Positions 27,849 to 38,201 of a stretch of 64,000 nt of DNA are shown one piece after another. The stretch is taken from assembly GCA_016215455.1 (NCBI GenBank), contig JACRJP010000003.1:124-64123 (forward strand). Direction: 5' to 3'. A model generated the notes under the pieces. It worked only from the letters and a program-made list of their open reading frames with translations. It searched no databases and was not told where the DNA came from. A program made the position numbers and the translations under genes. This stretch comes from Candidatus Tayloriibacteriota bacterium (GTDB lineage: Bacteria; Patescibacteriota; Minisyncoccia; Phycocordibacterales; PALSA-1337). Position 1 is the first letter of the stretch; every line of letters begins with the position of its first letter.

Positions 27849-28496
27849 CTATATTACTCGCTCATCGCCAAGGTGAGCGAAGTCATTCCAAGTCATAACG
27901 ATCCATTTACCATTTTGGACAGTACAGTACGTGAGTCCGGTATGACTCGTCTTAAATGAATTCTGTAGAGCCAAAAGAGTTTTATAATCATAGTTTTCAT
28001 GACCAAACACCATCTCAGCGAGCATAGTTCGGAGAAAATATCCGTGTGTTGCAACAATGATTTTCTCTTCTTCACGAGCTTCAATCGTTTCAAGCGCAGT
28101 TTTAGCACGTGTCGTAATATCATGGAAATTCTCTTCCCCTCCAAGATGCCAATCTTTATCCTTCCATTTTTCCTTAATGAGCTCCTCGTACTCAATCACC
28201 TTAGGATCTGTTTTTGAAACTCCTCGAAGTGATGTTGGTCGAAGAATTTCTTTGAGACATTCATACTCCACAAGACCCAGTTTCTTGATCGTCGCAATCT
28301 TCTCTGCTGTTTGATACGCACGCTTCATGGTACTTGAAAGTACAATATCTGCTTCAAGATCAAGACAACGTTGAGCAATAAAATCTGCTTGCTGTTCCCC
28401 TTTTTTTGATAAAGGAGACTCAGGAAACTGAAACATCTGTTCAGCTCCTAAATCTGTCACTCCATGTCGCACAAAAAATATATGTTTTTTTGACAT
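27849..28496 (-). CDS. Histidine phosphatase (phosphoglycerate mutase family)
   Basis: VRHG, SSTMKRAYQTA and VATHG. Confidence 0.9.
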   Translation of the reverse strand: MSKKHIFFVRHGVTDLGAEQMFQFPESPLSKKGEQQADFIAQRCLDLEADIVLSSTMKRAYQTAEKIATIKKLGLVEYECLKEILRPTSLRGVSKTDPKVIEYEELIKEKWKDKDWHLGGEENFHDITTRAKTALETIEAREEEKIIVATHGYFLRTMLAEMVFGHENYDYKTLLALQNSFKTSHTGLTYCTVQNGKWIVMTWNDFAHLGDERVI

Positions 28497-28500
28497 GATG

Positions 28501-29538
28501 TTATGAGCAAATATCGATAACGGCGAGTTCAAGTGGTAATGACTCAATTGATGCACTATTCATTTGTTGAGTAGCTTGGAGAAGCTTTATAAGAAGTTGT
28601 GGCTGTAAAGCTGCCTTCTGACTTGTTGCGAGTTTTTCAAGGAATTCAAAATCTCCTTCCGATACTGTTGCTGCAAGTGCTGATTTCATCGAAGGTGCGT
28701 GTGCGAGCAAAAAGAGAGCTCGGGTCTTTTCAAGAACTAATCGAATAAAGACTATACTTGATACTCCACTTTCACTCACCGTTGCAATAGTCGACAATGC
28801 CGCATCTTTGTTCTTCATTACCAATGCTTCAATGAAAGAATTAACCAATTGTGACTTTGGTACTCCCAATACCACTTCAATCTCAGCAAGACTAATCTTG
28901 TCGTCCTTTGAAGCTGCTACAGCCTTCTGGAGAGTTCCTAATGTGTCACGGAATGATCCATCACCAAAGATTGCAATGAGGTCTGCAACTCCTTTTTCAA
29001 TGGTCACACCCTCTTTTTTAGCGACAGAAGTCACAAGTTCACGCAATACCTCAAGTGACGGCTTCTTGAAAGCAAAAACCTGACAGCGGGATACGATAGT
29101 TTCAGGAATCTTCTCTGTTTCAGTCGTCGCGAGGATGAAGATAGCGTGCTCTGGTGGTTCTTCAAGAGTTTTGAGAAGTGCATTGAAAGCTTCCTTGGTG
29201 AGCATGTGCACCTCATCAATGATATACACCTTGTATTTCGACTCAAATGGCAACACGTTGACGGCATCACGTATTTCACGAATATCATCAATACCACGAT
29301 TCGATGCTGCATCTATTTCATAGATATCATTGTCTGATGTACCGATAGCATGAGCGAAAATTCGAGCAATACTTGTCTTTCCTGTTCCTCGACTTCCTGC
29401 AAAGAGATACGCATGAGAAATGTTATCGGCCTTAATCGCACCTTCGAGAACTTTGACGATGGTGTCTTGCCCTTTAACTTCCTTAAAAGACTGTGGGCGG
29501 TATTTACGATACAGAGCTACGAAATTTTCCTTTGACAT
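28501..29538 (-). CDS. dnaX: DNA polymerase III subunit gamma/tau (short form)
   Basis: LYRKYRPQSF, GSRGTGKTS, EIDAASNRG, IIDEVHML and SRCQ. Confidence 0.95.
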   Translation of the reverse strand: MSKENFVALYRKYRPQSFKEVKGQDTIVKVLEGAIKADNISHAYLFAGSRGTGKTSIARIFAHAIGTSDNDIYEIDAASNRGIDDIREIRDAVNVLPFESKYKVYIIDEVHMLTKEAFNALLKTLEEPPEHAIFILATTETEKIPETIVSRCQVFAFKKPSLEVLRELVTSVAKKEGVTIEKGVADLIAIFGDGSFRDTLGTLQKAVAASKDDKISLAEIEVVLGVPKSQLVNSFIEALVMKNKDAALSTIATVSESGVSSIVFIRLVLEKTRALFLLAHAPSMKSALAATVSEGDFEFLEKLATSQKAALQPQLLIKLLQATQQMNSASIESLPLELAVIDICS

Positions 29539-29619
29539 ATGGTCAGTATAGCAAATTTTATGAGAAAACTCTCAGAAACAAAAAACTAAGTGCGGTGAAA
29601 ATAAAAAAGTAATTCTATA

Positions 29620-29665
29620 AATAAAATGGCCAGCGAAGTCTCCGGGAGGGATACACTTCGCTGGC
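29620..29665 (-). terminator. Intrinsic terminator of the small orphan gene
   Basis: 11-bp stem GCCAGCGAAGT/ACTTCGCTGGC followed by CATTTTATTT on the minus strand. Confidence 0.75.
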
Positions 29666-29684
29666 AAACGCCGGAACTGACGGA

Positions 29685-29843
29685 TTACTTGCGGGCGGCA
29701 GCTTCTTGGCCCGGGGAACCGATCGCGGCGACGGCAGCGCAGGAGGCATGGACGGCATCTTCAGGAGCGATGTGGCCGGCGATGATCGCGGAATTCACAG
29801 CGGAGTGAGCGGCGAACGAACAGGGACGTGGATTGGTCTTCAT
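29685..29843 (-). CDS. Small Ala-rich hypothetical peptide (52 aa, GC-rich orphan cassette)
   Basis: MKTNPRPCSFAAHSAVNSAIIAGHIAPEDAVHASCAAVAAIGSPGQEAAARK; promoter TTGACG-16-TATATT (29954-29927) upstream and terminator downstream. Confidence 0.55.
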   Translation of the reverse strand: MKTNPRPCSFAAHSAVNSAIIAGHIAPEDAVHASCAAVAAIGSPGQEAAARK

Positions 29844-29950
29844 AGCGGGAACAATGTGGAACCGTTGATGAACTGCTGGAGTCACCCTGAGCAATGTAAG
29901 TTTCTACTCAGGTCCAGACGCTTATAAATATACACCTATTATTGTAAGCG

Positions 29951-30979
29951 TCAATATGCTGCAAGGTAGTTATCCACAGTCACTGACACCTCTGCTGCAG
30001 AGGTAGTTTCCATGAGTTTGAGACGTAATTCTTTTGAACCTTCCCAACCATGCACGTAGGCTTTGTAGTGTTTCTTCATGATGGCAAAGTTTTTGTAGTC
30101 CCCCAATAGTTTTTCAAAAAGTTGTGTATGCTCAACCATCACTCGTAATTTTTCTGCAACGTACTCTCGTACTTTTGGATCAGAAAGTTTTGCATCAGCA
30201 GACAAAGCATGTCGCATCGGTGATGTCATATCAAAAAACCATGGATTACCAAAAATTCCTCGACCGACCATTGCTCCATCAGCACCAGACGTTTCAATCT
30301 TTGCATATGCATCTTCAAGACTTGTTACATCACCATTACCAATGATCTTAGTCGAGAGCCCCATTCGATCTCGAATCGCAACCACTTCCTTAACATGTTC
30401 CCATCGTGCTGGGACATCAGACATTTCTTTACGAGTACGAGCGTGGATGGTCAAAGCAGCAATTCCCTCTTCTAAAATCGCTGGAATCCATGTATCTATT
30501 TCAACCTTGTTATATCCCACACGAGTTTTAACTGAAACAGGAAGACCTCCGGCACCACGTTTAGCTGCACGAATCACTTCTTTTGCAGTCGCTGGGTCCT
30601 TGATATGAGCAGCTCCAGCACCCTGCTTCTCAATACTCCGATCAGGACACCCCATATTAATATCGATACCATCAAAACCGAGTTTTGCGGCAAGAGCAGC
30701 GGCTTGTTCCATTTTTTCAGGATGGGCAGTAAAAAGTTGAGCGACGATAGGGCGTTCAGTTTCAGAATATGCGAGATCTCGTTCGAGTGTCTTTCGCCCA
30801 GGAGAACAAAGTCCATCTGCAGAGACAAACTCAGTCCACATGACTGCAGGACCACCATCCTTTGATCCCATACGACTGTATTTCGCTATGATCTGACGAA
30901 AAGCAGGATCAGTAACATCCGCCATCGGAGCAATGACGACAAAGGGTTTCGTAAGTTGTGACCAGAAATCTGAATTCAT
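29951..30979 (-). CDS. dus: tRNA-dihydrouridine synthase
   Basis: APMADVTD, DINMGCP, SVKTR, TIHART, IGNGD and MVGRG. Confidence 0.93.
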   Translation of the reverse strand: MNSDFWSQLTKPFVVIAPMADVTDPAFRQIIAKYSRMGSKDGGPAVMWTEFVSADGLCSPGRKTLERDLAYSETERPIVAQLFTAHPEKMEQAAALAAKLGFDGIDINMGCPDRSIEKQGAGAAHIKDPATAKEVIRAAKRGAGGLPVSVKTRVGYNKVEIDTWIPAILEEGIAALTIHARTRKEMSDVPARWEHVKEVVAIRDRMGLSTKIIGNGDVTSLEDAYAKIETSGADGAMVGRGIFGNPWFFDMTSPMRHALSADAKLSDPKVREYVAEKLRVMVEHTQLFEKLLGDYKNFAIMKKHYKAYVHGWEGSKELRLKLMETTSAAEVSVTVDNYLAAY

Positions 30980-30999
30980 AAGGGAACACTACCATAAAC

Positions 31000-31926
31000 C
31001 TATGACTGCTTGCCACCCGATACGTATTTGAGAAGTCCGAGCACATCCTTATCACGATTCTTACTCAAAAGAACAATGAAGATATGTGGTTCAAGCGTAC
31101 CCTCCTCATTTGGAAGCAAGAAGATCGATGCAGCTGTGCGCTCTGCTTCATCAGTGAAACCATTTTTACCACCAGCGTATGATGCGAGATTAAGATAGTG
31201 TGTTGTATTTGTCCAAGTATGTCCTCGAATTGATTTCGTCTTAAGTTTTGTAATATCAATAATTTCAGGATGTTGAATATACAACCAACCAAGAAAACGT
31301 GAGAGTTCACGTGCTGTTGAAACATTAAACTGCGAGAGTCCTGATGGATCAGCAAAACGTGTTCCTGTTGCCCCAATTGAAGCTGCGAGATTGTTCATGG
31401 CAGCAACAAAAGCAGTTCGTCCCGCTGATGCCGCCAATGCTTCTGCTGCATCATTACTCGAAACCATCAATAGCGGGTACAGTAGGTTTGCAACACTTAT
31501 TTTTTCATCTTTCTTAAAACCCGCTGTTGCCCCTTCAGTTGCAAGAATATCTGCATCAATCGTAACTACTTTTCGACTATCAAGACTTTCTCTGGTTACC
31601 ACTGCAGTATAGAGCTTGGAGATAGATGCGATCGGTAGAACCTTATCAGCATTCTTCTGTACAAGAACCTTCCCTGTTGTGAGATTTGTCACTATATACG
31701 CACCGGCAGTAACTTCAGGAATCTTTGGACCAATTTCCATCTCACCTGATGGAACCTCAGAAACCTCATTATTGGTATATGTGGTTGTTCTTTCCGAAGA
31801 AACAAACTCACGTACCACAAAACGAAAAGTTCCAATTACCACAGCAACGATAAAGACTCCGACAAGCAGTGCTCCTGCCACCGAACTAAATGTTGTGAAG
31901 AAAGTTTTAAAGAGTCCTTGTCGCAT
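31000..31926 (-). CDS. D-alanyl-D-alanine carboxypeptidase (peptidase S11)
   Basis: PIASISK (SxxK), SSND (SxN) and GGKNGFT (KTG-like); N-terminal TM. Confidence 0.88.
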   Translation of the reverse strand: MRQGLFKTFFTTFSSVAGALLVGVFIVAVVIGTFRFVVREFVSSERTTTYTNNEVSEVPSGEMEIGPKIPEVTAGAYIVTNLTTGKVLVQKNADKVLPIASISKLYTAVVTRESLDSRKVVTIDADILATEGATAGFKKDEKISVANLLYPLLMVSSNDAAEALAASAGRTAFVAAMNNLAASIGATGTRFADPSGLSQFNVSTARELSRFLGWLYIQHPEIIDITKLKTKSIRGHTWTNTTHYLNLASYAGGKNGFTDEAERTAASIFLLPNEEGTLEPHIFIVLLSKNRDKDVLGLLKYVSGGKQS

Positions 31927-31927
31927 A

Positions 31928-32785
31928 CTATTTCATTTTGGAAAAAATCGTCGTTCCATACCGTGCATCAATGTAGTCAAGAGATGTTGTACCGTGACGC
32001 AACAGTACCCCCTTCTTATTCCCCACAAATTCCATTAAGTTATCAAGTGTTTTTGAAAGTGGCATCCTTTCGTTGAAATATATCGTAGCATACTCAGTAC
32101 TCGTAGCAATTGAGGTAAGTACGTACAACTCATGATCTCCTGTATTACCAACAGAAACTCCTAAAACAGGTAGTTTGAGACGAATGATACCTGTTACGAA
32201 GTCATCAAATTGACGAAAACGTGCACCATCAAAAAGATTACTTCCCATAAGTGGTGTTGTAGTACTTAGACCGTAATACCTCACATAGCTACGATCATCA
32301 GTTGGTTGTGCTTTAGCATAGAGATACCCTTCACTTGTTAGATAGTAACAGGGTGTTTCGCCAAACGTGTGGTACAAGAATTCACCTTCACACCACAAGG
32401 CCGATGGAGTATATTCATCAACTTCAACAAGTAACTTGGAACTGCCGTCATGAGAAATTTCTATATTTTTTAGAATAGGAAATGTTTTCTTGAGAGTGTG
32501 CTCGATGGTAGAACGTGGATACAAAATAGTATTCGAATATGGAATAAGACCAAGATACTCATGATCAAGAAGTTGCATCACCTCAAGAGCAACAACATCT
32601 GGAGATAGTGTTGAAGTTCCTTTTACATCAACTGAGGTAATTTGCAAAAAGGAAGCAGAGAGTAGTCGATACAAAAGATACAAAAAACTGAGAAAAATGA
32701 TAAGACTTAGGATCCAAATACTCCGCCGGGCACGACGTTTCTTATCCTTGAGTCGCGGAGAATGAATCGCTCTCCCTCGCACCAT
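31928..32785 (-). CDS. Cell division protein FtsQ/DivIB-like
   Basis: Basic N-tail, TM, POTRA-like segment (ITSVDVKGT) and C-terminal YIDARYG. Confidence 0.7.
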   Translation of the reverse strand: MVRGRAIHSPRLKDKKRRARRSIWILSLIIFLSFLYLLYRLLSASFLQITSVDVKGTSTLSPDVVALEVMQLLDHEYLGLIPYSNTILYPRSTIEHTLKKTFPILKNIEISHDGSSKLLVEVDEYTPSALWCEGEFLYHTFGETPCYYLTSEGYLYAKAQPTDDRSYVRYYGLSTTTPLMGSNLFDGARFRQFDDFVTGIIRLKLPVLGVSVGNTGDHELYVLTSIATSTEYATIYFNERMPLSKTLDNLMEFVGNKKGVLLRHGTTSLDYIDARYGTTIFSKMK

Positions 32786-32786
32786 A

Positions 32787-34055
32787 CTATTGTTGACCGC
32801 CGATTACAGACTTTCCGAAATATTTCTGGAGTGCTTCAGGGATTTTAATACTACCATCTGCTTGTTGATAGTTTTCGACAAGTGATACAAGAATACGTGG
32901 AGTTGGAATAGCAGTACAGTTCAATGAGTGAGCGTAGCGAAGCTTACCTTCAGTATCTCGATATCGAATATTGAAACGACGTGTTTGGAAATCATGGAAA
33001 TACGAAGCCGATGAAATTTCTCGATACGTATTTTCTTTTGGAACCCAAAGTTCGATATCGTATTTCTTTACCTGACCGAGTCCGAGATCACCTCCACAGT
33101 TAATGACGGTGTGATATGGAATTCCGAGTGATTCGATAAACTCCTCAGTATTACGATTGAGTTCATCATGCAACTTCACTGACATTTCATGACTTGCTTC
33201 ACTCAAAATCACCTGTTCCATCTTATAGAATTCATGAACACGGATAAGTCCCTTCACATCTTTACCGTGACTTCCCGCTTCACGTCGAAAACATGGAGAA
33301 AAACCAAGATACTTGATCGGAAATTGTGAAGCTTCCAACACTTCATCAGAATGATACGCCATGATTGGCACTTCAGCAGTTCCTGCAAGAACCTCACCAT
33401 CTTGAGTTTGATAGAAATCTTCAACATCCCCTGGAAGATGTGCAGTACCATACAAATGCTGCTTACGAACAACAACAGGAGGAATCATTGGTACAAAACC
33501 TCTCTTTGAGAAGAAATCGAGAGCGTAATTCCAGATAGCAAAAGTAAGTCGAGCACCTTCACCAGTGAGAAAATATCCTCGAAAACCATGGGTCTTTGCT
33601 CCACGTTCGAAATCAACCATCTTGAGGGTAGTCATGAGTTCGAGATGATCTTTTGGTTCAAAAGAAAAATTCGGTTTCTCCCCCCATGTCTTAATTTCGA
33701 GATTTTGAGCATCAGAGTCTCCTTCTGGAACTGACATATCAGGAACCTGTGGTACTTGGAGCATGAGAGTGTGCCACTCTTTCATGATTTCTTTAAGACT
33801 TTCTTCTTCCTTTCCAAGAGATTCTTTCACTACCTTCATCTCTTCGATCATTGTTGCTCGATCAGCAGGAGTTGCTTTTTGAATCTTATCGCTCACAACA
33901 TTTTGTTCAGCGCGCTTCTTTTCGATCGATGCAGTGAGATCACGACGTTTATCATCAAGAACGATAAGGGCATCAATATCAATTTTGACGTGCTTTTTCT
34001 TAGCACCTTGAGCAACTATATCTTTATTTTCTCTGATAAATTTAATGTCGAGCAT
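32787..34055 (-). CDS. serS: Serine--tRNA ligase
   Basis: MLDIKFIREN, GTAEVP, CFRREAGSHG, RVHEF and EISSAS. Confidence 0.97.
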   Translation of the reverse strand: MLDIKFIRENKDIVAQGAKKKHVKIDIDALIVLDDKRRDLTASIEKKRAEQNVVSDKIQKATPADRATMIEEMKVVKESLGKEEESLKEIMKEWHTLMLQVPQVPDMSVPEGDSDAQNLEIKTWGEKPNFSFEPKDHLELMTTLKMVDFERGAKTHGFRGYFLTGEGARLTFAIWNYALDFFSKRGFVPMIPPVVVRKQHLYGTAHLPGDVEDFYQTQDGEVLAGTAEVPIMAYHSDEVLEASQFPIKYLGFSPCFRREAGSHGKDVKGLIRVHEFYKMEQVILSEASHEMSVKLHDELNRNTEEFIESLGIPYHTVINCGGDLGLGQVKKYDIELWVPKENTYREISSASYFHDFQTRRFNIRYRDTEGKLRYAHSLNCTAIPTPRILVSLVENYQQADGSIKIPEALQKYFGKSVIGGQQ

Positions 34056-34131
34056 ATTTGTGGGATTTTCTTAATGAAAATTTTATTCTTTCTTGAGCGT
34101 TCCTTCATGGTACAAAGACTATACTTTGTCC

Positions 34132-34845
34132 ATGCTTGAATACAGATATCGTACCATAAAACCTTCAGATTTTCACTCTCACTTTAGTGAGATGGCTGAT
34201 CCACCAAAAAATCTTTGGATAGCCGGAGATATCCCACCAAAAGACTACAAAATGTTGTGTGTGGTAGGGGCTCGTTCGTATAGTGCTTACGGGCATGAAG
34301 TATGTACTTCACTTATTAATGGTCTTGAAGGGTATCCTATTTGTATAGTTTCAGGCCTAGCGTTAGGTATTGATACAATCGCACACGAAGCTGCTCTCGA
34401 AGCTAGTTTACCAACTGTCGCATTCCCTGGTTCTGGTCTTGAACAAAAAGTTTTGTATCCTGTCCGCAATCGAGGTTTAGCCGAAAGAATTATAGAAAAT
34501 AAAGGGTGTCTTATTTCAGAATTTCCTCCCGATCTCGCGGCACAGGAATGGACATTCCCCAAGCGGAACCGATTGATGGCTGGTTGTGCTGATCTTGTTC
34601 TTATTATAGAAGGCGGTCAAAGATCTGGGACTAATATCACTGCCCGACTTGCACTTGATTATAATAGAACGATCGGCGCTGTTCCTGGATCAATATTTTC
34701 ACCTCTTTCATATACTCCACACGAATTACTTCGCGAGGGGGCTTTCCCTATCACCTCATCTCACGACATACTGAATTTACTCAATATAGCAGAACACTCT
34801 GACACACCTTCTACCACCAGCCTTATGATTGAAGATCCTCCATGA
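34132..34845 (+). CDS. dprA: DNA-processing protein DprA (Rossmann core only)
   Basis: VVGAR, IVSGLALGIDTIAH, FPKRNRLMAG and SGTNITA. Confidence 0.92.
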   Translation: MLEYRYRTIKPSDFHSHFSEMADPPKNLWIAGDIPPKDYKMLCVVGARSYSAYGHEVCTSLINGLEGYPICIVSGLALGIDTIAHEAALEASLPTVAFPGSGLEQKVLYPVRNRGLAERIIENKGCLISEFPPDLAAQEWTFPKRNRLMAGCADLVLIIEGGQRSGTNITARLALDYNRTIGAVPGSIFSPLSYTPHELLREGAFPITSSHDILNLLNIAEHSDTPSTTSLMIEDPP

Positions 34846-35707
34846 GAGCACGGAGAGCGGGTTCGAGCACGACAGCATGTCCAGATCCATATACAACAAA
34901 AATACGATCTTGCCGTTCAAGTGCTTTTGTAATTCGCTCAAGAATATACTCATCTCGAAATCGAGAAGATTTACTTGCTATATCATTCGTAAGAGTCCAG
35001 TTTTTATCTGGCCATGGAATCGGGTCAACAAGACTAGCGTAACGATTCTCAGTTAAATTAATATTAGCATCCATGTTATCAAGATACCGTGCGCATTCCA
35101 TCTCATCCCAACCTGAGTCAGTTTTAAAATGTTCGATATAAGGAGCAAGATACTCAACCAAAGATTCATGGGTTCGCTGAATATGAGTTCTAAAATACTG
35201 ATCAATATCTCGATAATAGTAATATTTAAAGATATCTTCTCGTTCAAATCCTAAATCTTCCAAATAATTAAGCTCATCGGATAATTTTGGCTCCGGAGAT
35301 TCAAAATCAACATCTTCACCCAACGCAACATGTTCTGCTCCCAGTTTGAGAGTATACATTGGCTCACCTAATGCCTGAGCTTCTTCGCGGGTCATATGTT
35401 CAAGATGATCAAGAACTCGTTCTCGATTATGAAGAGCATGCATACCCTCAACCATAACTCTCTGTGGTTGAACTTCTTCGAAGGCTTCAGTAATCTCATT
35501 AAACACTCCATTTCCAACATCGTTAACATGAGGTGATCCAAAAAAATACACCACCTTATCACCCGCTTCGATACGATACTGATGAATCAGGTTACCACTC
35601 TCAACAAATGCAGAAGCAGCATATTGCTCCCCTGACAAAATCGACTTCTTTACTGCAAGAAGTCTCTCATGTTCACCCGGGTGTTGGGCAGGAATTGATT
35701 CAATCAT
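34823..35707 (-). CDS. Hypothetical protein (possibly TraB/GumN-like fold)
   Basis: FFGSPH, VMVEG and C-terminal RDEYI...FVVYGSGH. Confidence 0.45.
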   Translation of the reverse strand: MIESIPAQHPGEHERLLAVKKSILSGEQYAASAFVESGNLIHQYRIEAGDKVVYFFGSPHVNDVGNGVFNEITEAFEEVQPQRVMVEGMHALHNRERVLDHLEHMTREEAQALGEPMYTLKLGAEHVALGEDVDFESPEPKLSDELNYLEDLGFEREDIFKYYYYRDIDQYFRTHIQRTHESLVEYLAPYIEHFKTDSGWDEMECARYLDNMDANINLTENRYASLVDPIPWPDKNWTLTNDIASKSSRFRDEYILERITKALERQDRIFVVYGSGHAVVLEPALRALMEDLQS

Positions 35708-35724
35708 ATATACACAAAGATATT

Positions 35725-36078
35725 TTATTTATCCCCCTTATCACCATCGACGAGCGATGACAAAATTCCTCGAACAAATGTGAGAATTACTGCAAAGATA
35801 AGGGCAGGGAGAAAACCTTCAACATTGAAACCAGTAACTATTGAATCAGCAAGAAGTACGAGTAGTGCATTAATGATAAGTGTAAACAATCCAAGTGTTA
35901 TAACATTGATCGGTAGTGTAAGGAGAAGAAGCATAGGGCGCAAGATTGCGTTAATAAGACCAAGGACAACAGCAAGAATAAGTGCGGCACCTAAACCAGA
36001 CACAGAAACCCCTGGCAAAATATATGCAGTGATAACAATCGCTATAGCTGAAACTAACCAGTGAATGAGTATATTCAT
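35725..36078 (-). CDS. YvlD/DUF360 4-TM membrane protein ('phage holin family')
   Basis: LGLINAILRP...LPINVITLGLFTLIINA. Confidence 0.88.
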   Translation of the reverse strand: MNILIHWLVSAIAIVITAYILPGVSVSGLGAALILAVVLGLINAILRPMLLLLTLPINVITLGLFTLIINALLVLLADSIVTGFNVEGFLPALIFAVILTFVRGILSSLVDGDKGDK

Positions 36079-36132
36079 ACCTACTATTATATACCCTTCT
36101 TCAAGAATAAAAAATCTACCACCAAAAAACCT

Positions 36133-36654
36133 TTAAAAACGACGTGGTCGATGAACCTCTCGTGGTGTATACACAGGAAGTCTGCGACACGAAAGTGATC
36201 GTAAACCAACCTGTCTCAACCATGAAGGATCATCTAGTAGGCTTTTCTCTACAATCTTTGGTCGAGCAATCATACCCGCTTGCATCCAAGAAAAGGTAGG
36301 TCCCCAACCAGGAGTATGACCATAGGTCCCACTTGCGATATAAGCATGGAGGAATTTTTCCTTTTCCCGATGATGGGTTGAAACCTCAAACAGAGGTATC
36401 GAACAAACAATGATTGGAATATACGGCAAACAGAATATGGCCCGAATGATCTTCGGTAAACATTTCCGACCAAGCAACCTAGTTCTTGTTATACGCCACA
36501 CCACAAGAGTTAAGGTTCCTATACTCGCTACCACAGCGAGCCTGAGGAGTGAGCTTGACCAAGGATTTTCTCTTGGCATCCACCAAGTCACCGATATAAC
36601 CCAAAGCAACCACACATCAATCGTGGCAAGCAGGCATCCAAAAATGAATCCCAT
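36133..36654 (-). CDS. Hypothetical membrane protein (orphan)
   Basis: Three hydrophobic segments; probable start MGFIFG. Confidence 0.5.
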   Translation of the reverse strand: MGFIFGCLLATIDVWLLWVISVTWWMPRENPWSSSLLRLAVVASIGTLTLVVWRITRTRLLGRKCLPKIIRAIFCLPYIPIIVCSIPLFEVSTHHREKEKFLHAYIASGTYGHTPGWGPTFSWMQAGMIARPKIVEKSLLDDPSWLRQVGLRSLSCRRLPVYTPREVHRPRRF

Positions 36655-36704
36655 AGGAAAAAGGTTTGGGGTGAAATTACGAGGTGCGCTTTCATAATAT
36701 AAAC

Positions 36705-36738
36705 ACAAAAGACCCTCCGTTACCAGAAGGTCTTTTGT
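36705..36738 (-). terminator. Intrinsic terminator after the DEAD-box helicase
   Basis: ACAAAAGACC...GGTCTTTTGT inverted repeat. Confidence 0.65.
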
Positions 36739-36755
36739 TGTAAAAAATATTTTAA

Positions 36756-38201
36756 TTATCGTCCCTCTACGAATGTGAGAGCCTTACCCATTTGTCCTGC
36801 ACGACCAGTTCGGCCGATGCGATGGATATAGTCTTCGTATGTTCCTGGCACATCGTAGTTCACAACGTGAGTAACATTTCGAATATCAAGACCTCGAGCA
36901 GCAACGTCCGTTGCACAGAGAACTTGTACAGAACCAGCCTTGAATGATTCAAGAGCTCGCTTTCGCTGTCCTAGACTCTTATCACCGTGAATAGATTCTG
37001 CCTTGATACCTTCTGCAGTAAGCTGACGAGAAATTCGTTCAACTCCATGCTTTGTTCGTCCGAAGACCAGCACCTTATTCCATTCCGGATCCTTAAGAAT
37101 TTTCACAAGGTGACTAAATTTCTGAGCAGGATCACTAATACGGACAATATCCTGATCAACATTCGCTGATGTATCACGTGTCTTTACTGAAACCTTTACT
37201 GGATCCTTAAGGAATTCTCCGATAAGAGCTGTAATTTCTGGTGACATCGTTGCTGAGAAGAAAAGAGTATGTCGAGGAGTTGGCATTCGTGACATGACAT
37301 ATTTCATATCATGGATGAATCCCATATCGAGCATTCGATCTGCTTCATCGAGAACAATTGTTCCATACTTTGAGAGATCAAGTGTCTTTCGTTCAACGAG
37401 ATCCTTCAATCGTCCTGGTGTACCAATGACAAAATTGTGACTTCGGCGAAGCTTATCTACCTGCATACCAAGATGTGCACCACCGATACATGTAACCGCA
37501 TGAATACCAAGGCCTCGTGAAAAGCCACGAAACTCTTCTTCAATCTGAAGTGCAAGTTCACGTGTTGGTACAATAATGAGAACACGGTGATGATAATCAC
37601 TCATGATCTTATTAATCAAAGGAATGAGAAACGCCGCTGTCTTACCTGTTCCAGTGTTTGCAATACCAACAATGTCTTTACCGACAATAATATGAGGGAT
37701 TGAAGTGTCTTGAATAGGTGTCGGAGTGATGTAACCCTTTGTTGCAATATTTCGCTTCAAAGCGTCAGCAATCGTAAAATCCGCGAACTTGTGCACTGGC
37801 ACGTATTCTGGAATTTCTTCAACAACAGAAGCTGCTGTATTGATTTTATTAATAAAACGAGTTGGGTCGATATACGCACCAGAGAAGCGCTTTCCGCCTC
37901 CACGACTTCCTCCACGTGAACCGCCACCAAATCCTCCTCGAGATGAACTTGAGTGAGAAGAGTGACCTCGGTAACCACCTGAATGACTCGCTGGACGAGC
38001 ACTTCCAGAATAACTACCACTTGGGCGACTAGCGCCAAAACCACCACGTGAATGACCTGGTGTACTACTTCGGGTACCAAAACTTCCACTTCGCGCTGGC
38101 GAAGATGAAGGTGTTGATGAACCACGAACAAACGAACGTCGCGGACGAGGTGAAAAACTTCCACCTGACGAATGCGAACCTGACTGAGATGATGAATGCA
38201 T
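36756..38201 (-). CDS. DEAD-box RNA helicase with RGG/Ser-rich N-terminus
   Basis: PTPIQ, ANTGTGKT, PTRELA, TPGRL, DEAD, SAT and HRIGRTGRAG. Confidence 0.95.
   Translation of the reverse strand: MHSSSQSGSHSSGGSFSPRPRRSFVRGSSTPSSSPARSGSFGTRSSTPGHSRGGFGASRPSGSYSGSARPASHSGGYRGHSSHSSSSRGGFGGGSRGGSRGGGKRFSGAYIDPTRFINKINTAASVVEEIPEYVPVHKFADFTIADALKRNIATKGYITPTPIQDTSIPHIIVGKDIVGIANTGTGKTAAFLIPLINKIMSDYHHRVLIIVPTRELALQIEEEFRGFSRGLGIHAVTCIGGAHLGMQVDKLRRSHNFVIGTPGRLKDLVERKTLDLSKYGTIVLDEADRMLDMGFIHDMKYVMSRMPTPRHTLFFSATMSPEITALIGEFLKDPVKVSVKTRDTSANVDQDIVRISDPAQKFSHLVKILKDPEWNKVLVFGRTKHGVERISRQLTAEGIKAESIHGDKSLGQRKRALESFKAGSVQVLCATDVAARGLDIRNVTHVVNYDVPGTYEDYIHRIGRTGRAGQMGKALTFVEGR

Noticed and set aside
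35725-36078. 'Phage holin' as evidence of a prophage
   Set aside because: This family is a common chromosomal membrane protein, and no phage structural or integrase genes are nearby.
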